IMG/VR virus record: IMGVR_UViG_3300030613_000020
Location: 1 to 36,974 of that record
Origin: a virus
Lineage: Duplodnaviria; Caudoviricetes
Reading direction: 5' to 3' (one strand)
Length of the DNA: 36,974 bases
Positions 25,570 through 33,546 of this stretch are shown piece by piece. The position numbers were made by a program, and so were the translations under genes. The stretch's first letter is position 1, and the number at the start of each line of letters is the position of its first letter. The notes beneath the pieces are model-generated. The model saw only the letters and a list, made by a program, of their open reading frames with translations. It did not search any database and was not told where the DNA came from.

Positions 25570-26355
25570 TTAGCACTCCACTAAGCGAAAACCCAAATTG
25601 TATCTATCGCACTCGGCCAGACTAGATTCCAACTCATCGCCCTCTACGTATACCATGTATGCAGGGTTGTAGTTGTCTGCGCTGTAATATTCGTCCGTGA
25701 ACCAGAAAGGTCTGTACCCTTCGGTGTATGTTTCGTCAAGCTCAGTGAAAATGTATGCGTAGTCGGTCGTGCGGGTGAGCTGTGTAAACTGCACGTCCCA
25801 CACTTTCTTTTGCGGCCCCCACTTTGTGGCGCGCATATAGCCGCCCTTGGTGTAGCTACGACTGATATTCTTGCGCTTCCCGCGTACAAGACCAAGACGC
25901 GGAGAGCGTGTTAGTGTTCGCACAAGACCGAAAAGTCCAATCTCACCAATCTGTACCACGGCATCTTGACCCGTAATGCCGACCCACCAATAGCGCTTGC
26001 TCACGCTATCAACACTTATCACGGCATCCTTGTTGCCAATTGCTCCACTTGTAAGTGCGGTATACGTCGTAAGCTCTGCCCACAAATCCGTTGACGTATC
26101 GGTCGATGAATACTTGACGGTGATACTCGCCGTCTGTATCCCTAGCGTATGTCGAGCAATACCAAAACCAACAACGGCTGCGGCTGCGGTCAGATCATAC
26201 CGCCACACGGTTGTAGCCGTTGTGTTGGGTTTACCTACTGTTTGCACGTCCTCGTCGCTCACGTTGACTAGCGGATAGCTTGCGTTCTCGGCTCCGTCCG
26301 TCACGGTGGGAGTCAAACCATAGATTCGATTATTGAGATATAACTTCCACGCCAT
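25570..26355 (-). CDS. Distal tail protein-like
   Basis: Directly after the tape measure gene; RYWWV, PFWF and C-terminal LVE motifs. Confidence 0.65.
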   Translation of the reverse strand: MAWKLYLNNRIYGLTPTVTDGAENASYPLVNVSDEDVQTVGKPNTTATTVWRYDLTAAAAVVGFGIARHTLGIQTASITVKYSSTDTSTDLWAELTTYTALTSGAIGNKDAVISVDSVSKRYWWVGITGQDAVVQIGEIGLFGLVRTLTRSPRLGLVRGKRKNISRSYTKGGYMRATKWGPQKKVWDVQFTQLTRTTDYAYIFTELDETYTEGYRPFWFTDEYYSADNYNPAYMVYVEGDELESSLAECDRYNLGFRLVEC

Positions 26356-28103
26356 TATGCGAGTCCTCTCGAAGCGCAGCGGGCAATAGCTTTCATGCCG
26401 CCACGAACAAGAAGCCAGTCCTCAACGCTTCGACTATCAAGCGCATGAATCGTAAAGTTGAAATTCGTAGTTCCGCCCGAGGGCGCCATTTTCCGTTGTG
26501 GCGTGACGCTCACATATTCCGTGCCGCGCTCGCCAGCAACAAACATCGTAGGGCGATTGACATAGCCCTGATAGCCTCCCTGAGCCGTGAAGAAATCCCA
26601 AAAGGTTTTTCCAACACCAAACCCCGAAAAAATGCCCTTGAGTGCGCTGAACACCGCAAATTGTGCTATCAATTGCGCAATCATTTGTGTTCCATAAGAA
26701 AGAATCGCATCGAAGAATGCCTTCCAATCCTTGAGGCCACTCATCAACCATGCATGAATGCCAGAGGTTAAGGCGCCCACGCTCCCACGGATTGCATCAA
26801 AGGCCCATTTCTGTTTACTGATCAGTCCTTCATAAAAGTTGTCAAAATCGCTCTTGATTGGTTCGAGAAGTTCCCGGATGTTAACGAGATCGGGTAATTT
26901 GCCGAACAAGTCTTTGATTGCCCTTTCAAACCTATCAATCGAAATGGGCCCCATGATAGCCTTGAAGAGCCAGTTACGACTTAGGGGCGGGTGACTAAGG
27001 AAAGATTTAATGGGCATCATGGCCTCGTTGATGAATACTTGGACTGACTCAGCAGCTTCCTTGCCAGCTTGCTTGGCCTTTGCTTTATCAAGACCCATGC
27101 GACTTACGAGTCCAGCAATATCTTTTTCAGTGATCGCGCCGCCTGTCGTTTTTCCAAGTGCTTCATCAACCCGTGGGCCAATTTCTATAATGGCCTTAAT
27201 CATTTCATCGGTGTAGGAACGAACAGCTTGTCTTGCGGCGGCAATCGCAGCTTCTTGCGGCTTACCAAGTCCACCTGCGAGGATTCCCCACAAGTCAAAA
27301 GCCTTCAGGGTTGCAAGAATGGTGTGTCGCTTGATGATTTCATTGTAGAAAGCATCTGTGTCCTGTCGTGCCTTTGCGATTTTGTCTGCATAAGGGGCTA
27401 GGACATCATTTACAACGGCCCCAACGTCCTCATAGATGTCTTTGAAAACTATGCTGAGATTCCTAAAAGCTCCGACGTTACCTTTGTTTGTTTCTTCAGC
27501 TGCGCCTTTGATATTCTGTTCATAATACTTTATCCAGAAGGCTGCCTTCTGTGTAGCCGTCGCATGTTCTCCAAGTTGCGCGGCAGCAGTACGCATGGTT
27601 ATGAATTGACGATTCATAAGCTCTATTTCGCCCATCAACGCAGCCGAAACCAACTTTGAAGCCATTGCTAAATCTAAAGTCTTTCTGCGAGCAACATCTA
27701 GTGCCATTGGCACAACCTTGAGAGCAAGGTCATAATCGCCAAGATTGTCAACAAGTTCAATCATGGCTTGAGCGGCCTGCTCATCCTCAAAGCCAGTCGT
27801 AACCTTGAGACGATCAAAATATCCTCGTAGCGAACCTTCGACTGCATCGTAACTCTTGCCTAGCGCCTCGACTTGAAATCTGAGAGCTTGATAGACTTGC
27901 TCCGATTCCAATGCTGCTTTGCTGGAAGTCCGGAGAAAGGTTACAATCTGATAGGCACCGAAGGCAACGCCAAGCGTAGCCGCCAATTTCTTGGCGCTAC
28001 CGATGACTCTATCGAAGCTCTGTTGACTTTCCGCGCTCACATGGTCGCGGTAGAAGGCATCGACATAGACATTAGCTGCCACTTGCCAATCCTCCAAGCT
28101 CAC
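26355..28103 (-). CDS. Tape measure protein (582 aa)
   Basis: Ala-rich helical protein; C-terminal AQGG.V.RPT...AGERGTEYV.V.P motif. Confidence 0.88.
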   Translation of the reverse strand: MSLEDWQVAANVYVDAFYRDHVSAESQQSFDRVIGSAKKLAATLGVAFGAYQIVTFLRTSSKAALESEQVYQALRFQVEALGKSYDAVEGSLRGYFDRLKVTTGFEDEQAAQAMIELVDNLGDYDLALKVVPMALDVARRKTLDLAMASKLVSAALMGEIELMNRQFITMRTAAAQLGEHATATQKAAFWIKYYEQNIKGAAEETNKGNVGAFRNLSIVFKDIYEDVGAVVNDVLAPYADKIAKARQDTDAFYNEIIKRHTILATLKAFDLWGILAGGLGKPQEAAIAAARQAVRSYTDEMIKAIIEIGPRVDEALGKTTGGAITEKDIAGLVSRMGLDKAKAKQAGKEAAESVQVFINEAMMPIKSFLSHPPLSRNWLFKAIMGPISIDRFERAIKDLFGKLPDLVNIRELLEPIKSDFDNFYEGLISKQKWAFDAIRGSVGALTSGIHAWLMSGLKDWKAFFDAILSYGTQMIAQLIAQFAVFSALKGIFSGFGVGKTFWDFFTAQGGYQGYVNRPTMFVAGERGTEYVSVTPQRKMAPSGGTTNFNFTIHALDSRSVEDWLLVRGGMKAIARCASRGLA

Positions 28104-28402
28104 GCGCTTTTACAAATCTCCGCACGCACGCTAGGGCCGTGACTTCCTCCAGCGTCAAATCGTTCATGCCGAAATTACATCCTGCATCGACAAAATCATT
28201 CAAGAAAAGCGCTCTCTCCGTCATGGGATCAATCCTGTCCTTTAACTCGCATTGGTCGCAGATGCGTTTCCAATCATCGGGGAAATCCAGTTTCGCCGGG
28301 CAAACATCACAGTTTCTGAAACGCGATTCCGCATGTGCCAAGTCCTCAAGATCATCTTGTACTTTCTTGGTGACATCACTCCGCAACCGTAAGTCGAAAA
28401 AA
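28072..28402 (-). CDS. Tail assembly chaperone, frameshift extension (T-like)
   Basis: Overlaps the chaperone end in the +1/-2 frame, has no good start of its own and precedes the tape measure gene. Confidence 0.65.
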
Positions 28403-28735
28403 CTGCGATACGAACTTCTCGAAATATGGAGCGTAGAAGGCATCCGCAATTAGGAGCTGCTTCCAGCCTTCAATTTCCATGATATTCACAGTTGTCTCAT
28501 CACCCCTTGTGAACTGTACTTGTGCATCAATGAGGAAATCAGCCGCAATGCCCAAGTAAAGTTCCTCTCGTTCACCCGCGTCGATGTTCTCCAATGCCCC
28601 GCGCTTCTCTGAAAAGGCAGCAAGCCCGTCCATGCGTTCCCGCGTTGTGGGACGCTTGAAGGTCAGCGACTCCGGCTGTCCATTCTCATTCAGGAAGCTG
28701 AGGACTATCGGCTTCCGTATCTCGCTCAGCGGCAT
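28376..28735 (-). CDS. Tail assembly chaperone (G-like)
   Basis: FKRPT..ER motif; lies between the tail tube and tape measure genes; RBS GGAGG. Confidence 0.75.
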   Translation of the reverse strand: MPLSEIRKPIVLSFLNENGQPESLTFKRPTTRERMDGLAAFSEKRGALENIDAGEREELYLGIAADFLIDAQVQFTRGDETTVNIMEIEGWKQLLIADAFYAPYFEKFVSQFFRLTVAE

Positions 28736-28910
28736 CGTGAACCTCCTTCACAAAGCTGTACCCAGGGTGATTTGCAAAAAGGTCTAGTGCCTCCTGCAAC
28801 TCGGTTTCAAATTCCCCGTTCTCGTCCGTAATGGCAATGATGCGTCCATCGGGGAACGTCACTGCCACATCACGAACATGCGTGCGCTCGACTCTGAATT
28901 TTGGCATCAT
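28686..28910 (-). CDS. Small tail-associated protein
   Basis: RBS AGGAG; operon context. Confidence 0.6.
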   Translation of the reverse strand: MMPKFRVERTHVRDVAVTFPDGRIIAITDENGEFETELQEALDLFANHPGYSFVKEVHDAAERDTEADSPQLPE

Positions 28911-28915
28911 TACTC

Positions 28916-30028
28916 CTACGAGGCAGCTGCATATTCGACGTTATCGCCATTCCAGTGATATGCCTTCACCGTCGGATTCGTACCATCGGCCTGCACCGTG
29001 GCCGTGCAATTGAGATATTGTGGCCCGTTCGCACCGCTACGATCCGCACTTTCGAGTTGCACTTTCGGAAACAATAGTTTCCATCCGTGATAATAACCCG
29101 TGGCGATAAGAGTGCCGGTCACACAACTCCACTCAAAACCGAAGGGGATAAAAGCCCCAGCATTGTTAAGACAATACTGTTGCACGGCGGCAGTTGTCGT
29201 ATTAAAATCGAGCACAAAAGTCAATGTCTGCGTTCGCCGTCCACGCGGGCATGAAGTACGCACGCCCGTCTCTGATGCGTTCGCCCCATATCCCTCATCG
29301 CCGAGAAGATAATTATCAATGATGTAATGTATCTCGCGCAGATGCGTTGAAAGCGCAAGCAACCCGCTGGCATCTAAGTCCGTGACACGAGTATTGGCGA
29401 CCGTAGGCAAGGCAACGCTGAACGCATCTTCAAGGAATCCCGTCGAGAGCCATGCAGCCGTGTTGCCGAAAAGATAATACTCTAGCGGCCCCGAGAGATT
29501 GGCTTCAGTTTGAGCCGAACCGTCATTGTAATCACCCCTCGGAATGAGATCGGCGGAAAACGTGACCCATCCTTTACGTGTGGCAGTAAGCTCAAATCTA
29601 TTCACCGTGCAGCCAGTCCATTGAAATGAACTTCCAGCAGTCGCATCTGCTGCTCCGATGCTATGCTGCTCATGGGTCAAAGAATATAGATCGGTCGTCA
29701 ATCCGGCTGGTGCTATGAGATGCTGATAGCAGGCCACACCGCCGAGGGTTGATTTCGTATCAGCACCCAAGGCAAAACTAAGAAGAAGCGGCATGAGTTT
29801 ATCGCTCGCCCAACCAGCGATTGGAATAGCTGCATCCTGTGCAAGAAGTCTTTTGGATGTTTCCTCTTCGTAGCCAACAGCCTCTTCCGTATCACTGTAG
29901 AAGACTGGTTTGGGCGTTCCCATCTCGTTGGTGAGATTGGCAACATGTGACAAATCCGTCAACGCTCCATAAGATGACTCTCGTTTGCGGCTGAAATAGT
30001 TCCTTCTTGTGATTCCTAGTTGTAGCAT
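28916..30028 (-). CDS. Major tail (tube) protein
   Basis: ESSYG N-terminal motif, GCTVNRFELT and FPKV; position in the module. Confidence 0.8.
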   Translation of the reverse strand: MLQLGITRRNYFSRKRESSYGALTDLSHVANLTNEMGTPKPVFYSDTEEAVGYEEETSKRLLAQDAAIPIAGWASDKLMPLLLSFALGADTKSTLGGVACYQHLIAPAGLTTDLYSLTHEQHSIGAADATAGSSFQWTGCTVNRFELTATRKGWVTFSADLIPRGDYNDGSAQTEANLSGPLEYYLFGNTAAWLSTGFLEDAFSVALPTVANTRVTDLDASGLLALSTHLREIHYIIDNYLLGDEGYGANASETGVRTSCPRGRRTQTLTFVLDFNTTTAAVQQYCLNNAGAFIPFGFEWSCVTGTLIATGYYHGWKLLFPKVQLESADRSGANGPQYLNCTATVQADGTNPTVKAYHWNGDNVEYAAAS

Positions 30029-30622
30029 TTAGATCGCCTCCTGACGATTCTCAACATCCTTAGTTACCGTGAGCGCAAGATATCCTACGCCCTTACTCTC
30101 CGATGTTCTTATGTCAATCCGGCCAGGGCCGACTGTAAGGCTCGTAGCCCCGGCCCAAAAACCATCACCGCTGATATTGCCAGCCCGTTGTCTGCACACT
30201 CGTTCAATTTCACTTAACCTCCGTTTTGTGTTGTTATCAAGATATGTGATATCGGTTGCTCCCTGTACACAAGCGATGAGAATATGAATGGGGATTGTAT
30301 AGACCCCAGCGGGCGAATCGGGCGAGTCCTCATCTTTCGCAAACGCATGGACAAAAATTGCTGGCATGGTATCCTGTGTCAAGCCTTCGAAGAGCGTATC
30401 GAAATCATCTTCCGTTATCGCCCGCGCCTCTATGTACTGTATGCCAGCATCGCCGCCGTCGCTTCGATGTGTGACTACGCCGGTCGTGGTGTTCCTCACA
30501 TATTCAGCCCTCAGATATCCGTCAGCGTCAAGAATCTCTACGATTGCATCCTCTGCATCATTGTAGAGATCGCTTTCATACGGTATCTCCGGCACTGGCA
30601 GAAAGCCGTCGTCAAATCCCAT
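30029..30622 (-). CDS. Tail terminator-like protein
   Basis: Acidic, PAIFV motif, immediately before the tail tube gene. Confidence 0.6.
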   Translation of the reverse strand: MGFDDGFLPVPEIPYESDLYNDAEDAIVEILDADGYLRAEYVRNTTTGVVTHRSDGGDAGIQYIEARAITEDDFDTLFEGLTQDTMPAIFVHAFAKDEDSPDSPAGVYTIPIHILIACVQGATDITYLDNNTKRRLSEIERVCRQRAGNISGDGFWAGATSLTVGPGRIDIRTSESKGVGYLALTVTKDVENRQEAI

Positions 30623-30640
30623 TGTTGCCTCTTCGCTTCC

Positions 30641-31561
30641 TCATTTTACCACCGTGCACCAAGCCGCAAGCCACGCGCCCTGTCTTACGGGCCGCACTGC
30701 ATACGTAGCACCCGAAGGGACGTAAACCGTGTAGCAACCGCTTCCATCTGTGCGGGCCCAGTATAGCACGGTAGATTTATCGCTGCTTAAGGCCACGATT
30801 ATAGCTACGTCTGCAATCGGCGTGCCCGAAAGCTTCACAGTATCGCAATCCGCTTGTGTGATCGCAGACCAGCCCGCATCACTCGCATGGGTATCAATAT
30901 CATATAGCCGCCCTCCGAAAGTCGTATCATAGACGCCCGAGTCCAATGCCTTGCCGATGCGATAGAGGATAACACTGTCTGCAATTGCCTTTGCATCCGC
31001 GCCTGAGATCGAGACTGAACCCGATGTCACAGTCTTCTCGGCTATTGTCTGAGCCCAGACCGAATCTGCAATAGCTGTGCGTTCGCCCGCTGTCAGCGTC
31101 TTTGCCGCCGCTACGGAGCCATCGAGGTTTCTGATGTTCCCATCCGCAGCGTGGAGCGAGTCTACAGTCCACGAGTCACTGGTTGCTACGACAAGACTCT
31201 GAATCGTAGTCCGATACTGCACCTCACCAAATCCATGGGTCGTGGAGCCACTACTTGCGTTGACCTTACCCCACACTCTGCCCGTTGTTGGAAGCCAGTA
31301 TCGTATTGTGCTTCCAGCCATGCCCGTACTGTCGTAGAGCGTCCCATTCATATAGAAATAGGCCTTGACCGTCGTTGGGTTTTGCGGCGAAGGCTGTGTA
31401 TCGTTCACCGCATAGTGCCAGATAAGCGTATCCGTTGGAGCGCATGGGCCGAGGTAGGCCCGCGCGGATTCACATCCCATACGCCCGAGCAACACAAGTC
31501 CTCCGACGGACAACGCCGTGAGCGCCACGAGCCAGACAATGCCTTGATGCTTTGGTCTCAT
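30641..31561 (-). CDS. Signal-peptide-bearing protein in the neck region (306 aa)
   Basis: ATGA-coupled start MRPKHQGIVWLVALTALSVGGLVLLGRMGCESARA; two AIADSV repeats; C-terminal TDGSG.Y Ig-like strand. Confidence 0.75.
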   Translation of the reverse strand: MRPKHQGIVWLVALTALSVGGLVLLGRMGCESARAYLGPCAPTDTLIWHYAVNDTQPSPQNPTTVKAYFYMNGTLYDSTGMAGSTIRYWLPTTGRVWGKVNASSGSTTHGFGEVQYRTTIQSLVVATSDSWTVDSLHAADGNIRNLDGSVAAAKTLTAGERTAIADSVWAQTIAEKTVTSGSVSISGADAKAIADSVILYRIGKALDSGVYDTTFGGRLYDIDTHASDAGWSAITQADCDTVKLSGTPIADVAIIVALSSDKSTVLYWARTDGSGCYTVYVPSGATYAVRPVRQGAWLAAWCTVVK

Positions 31562-32340
31562 TCGACATCTCCATATATCAGTTGTTTTCGTAGAGGCCAC
31601 ACGTCGGGACTGTCCGCTTTTATCTGTCCCCATGTGCGCTTTCGTTCGCCAGCCGTTGTTGTGTAAACTACGATATAAGGCTTATTCGTAGCATTGTTCA
31701 CGGTCGTAAAAGTTATTCGGTCTTGTAGGCTTACGGTGCATCCGCAGACGGCTGGAATCTCGTTTGAAGTCGTTGCAATCCGTATATCGTATGTGTGACC
31801 AGAGCCAGCCGTGATTGAATCCGAGGTCACTTTGAAACTAACCCATGATGCTGCCGTGAATTGTGATACCGGCCATTGACGCTTCAGAATTGTGCATCTA
31901 GCTGAATCAGTTCCTGCAAGTATACCACTACAACTTGGTATGCCGCCCAAGATACAGCAATCGCCCACGTAGACACCGATATTGGCATCGCCCGTGCAGG
32001 TTGAGACGAGCGAAGGAACGTAAATAAAAACTCTTGCACTATCAACTGGCTCGGTGATCGTATCCAGAACAAAGCTGAAAAACGCACGATCAAAAAGATA
32101 AACGGCGCTGACAAAACTCCGATAACCTGCATAGGCAGCCGCGGTATTGTATGTGGCTACCCAGTCACTAAAATTATCGCAAACATAAGCCTCATCTGCT
32201 CGCTCCAAGTATCCATCTCTATTATCGGTCGCATAAATGGTTGTGCTTGTCGCACTGCCCAGCGATGCCGTCAGACACAGCGTCAACAGGCAAGCCGCAG
32301 ACAAAATCAATATCACAACATAACCAACCCAGGTTTTCAT
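31558..32340 (-). CDS. Signal-peptide-bearing Cys-rich beta-sandwich protein with a TWGQIK motif
   Basis: Hydrophobic N-terminus, 8 Cys after the signal, DNRLRE/CBM96-like ends (DGY...VDSARV...NKPYIVV). Confidence 0.75.
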   Translation of the reverse strand: MKTWVGYVVILILSAACLLTLCLTASLGSATSTTIYATDNRDGYLERADEAYVCDNFSDWVATYNTAAAYAGYRSFVSAVYLFDRAFFSFVLDTITEPVDSARVFIYVPSLVSTCTGDANIGVYVGDCCILGGIPSCSGILAGTDSARCTILKRQWPVSQFTAASWVSFKVTSDSITAGSGHTYDIRIATTSNEIPAVCGCTVSLQDRITFTTVNNATNKPYIVVYTTTAGERKRTWGQIKADSPDVWPLRKQLIYGDVE

Positions 32341-32891
32341 TTTCCCATCCCTGTCTGCGCGATCATCTCATCAAGCCAGCCGTGAAAGGTTTGCTGCAAC
32401 GAAGGCTCATCCTCCGGCGCATAGATTTCACACACGGAACGCCGCTTGTGCTGATATTCTGCGTATCCAACCTTTGGGCCTATGCGCATACGTGTCACCG
32501 TCAAGCTTATCGGGCTCGACACCATACTGCGAAACATCTGTTGTGTATCACGCATGAGCCATGAACCAGGGGTCACGCGGCCACGCACACGTTTGCGGGC
32601 TTTGACTACGCCCTTGCCGTAGAGTTTTTTCACTCCACCCCAGGCTGGCACCAAAGCGCCGTCTGTCTTGCGGATATACTGATATTGAAATGGACGCCAT
32701 GTTATCCCGCGTGTAGAGCCACCCGTCGAGCCACGGCCAATCTGCATATACTTGAGTGTCTGCCTGGTTGCATACCAGCCAAACCAGCGCTTCAACGGTA
32801 CTCGCCCGTCTTTTGCGCGGGCACCAACGAGCTTAGCCTTCTGCTCTAGGTCGATTAGATTTACGCGAACTTCTATAGGTTCGTTAGCCAC
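32337..32891 (-). CDS. Virion morphogenesis / neck protein (Mu gpG-like)
   Basis: W.P..., LMRDT..M..S and IG....YAEYQH motifs. Confidence 0.75.
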   Translation of the reverse strand: MANEPIEVRVNLIDLEQKAKLVGARAKDGRVPLKRWFGWYATRQTLKYMQIGRGSTGGSTRGITWRPFQYQYIRKTDGALVPAWGGVKKLYGKGVVKARKRVRGRVTPGSWLMRDTQQMFRSMVSSPISLTVTRMRIGPKVGYAEYQHKRRSVCEIYAPEDEPSLQQTFHGWLDEMIAQTGMGK

Positions 32892-33546
32892 GTTCGAGCA
32901 CTCCCGTTCTTACCCCAAGGCGTTCAATCTCGCGCAAGCGCAGATAGCTATACTCATAACTCACATGAGTTGCGGCCTGCCCCAGGGTACTCAACCCGCG
33001 ATATACCCACGTGCGATGTGCAATGCTGTAGTAGATTTGAAAATCCCTGTTGTATTCGGTCGGGGTTGCAGGCGTCACAACTTCGACCGTCTCTGGTATG
33101 ATGTTCTTCTTTGTGAGTGGAGCTTCGTCTGTGTGAAGCGCTCCGCTATCCCCGCTGCCAAACACCAGGGCTTCACTTGTCACGCCTTCACGCGGAATGT
33201 CCCGCGTTTCATCATTGATTTCCTTAACAAGCTTGTCCGCCTCGTCCTGATAGTATTGAGCCAATGAATTGGGCTTTGTTCGGTTGGCCGCCGCAATCAA
33301 ACCAAAAAGAATCCACATCGTTCTACATACTGCAATTCTTTGCACTATCGGCGGCGTCGGAGGCGATGCAGCAATGTCGGGAAAGTCCAGATGATTCGGC
33401 AAGTCCGAATCGGTGATACGCGAGCCAGTGAGTATCTCTTCGAGCACAACCGCCTGTGTCAAGGAGGGCGGCAGATTGCCCGCAAACTCGGCAACCACCT
33501 TTGAATACGTTGTGTATGATGCGTTGCTAGAGCCTTCGACTGTCAT
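32884..33546 (-). CDS. Head-tail adaptor (Mu gp36-like)
   Basis: YTT...V, I......DS.L and TP.IV..IA pattern; ATGA-coupled start at 33546. Confidence 0.65.
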   Translation of the reverse strand: MTVEGSSNASYTTYSKVVAEFAGNLPPSLTQAVVLEEILTGSRITDSDLPNHLDFPDIAASPPTPPIVQRIAVCRTMWILFGLIAAANRTKPNSLAQYYQDEADKLVKEINDETRDIPREGVTSEALVFGSGDSGALHTDEAPLTKKNIIPETVEVVTPATPTEYNRDFQIYYSIAHRTWVYRGLSTLGQAATHVSYEYSYLRLREIERLGVRTGVLERG

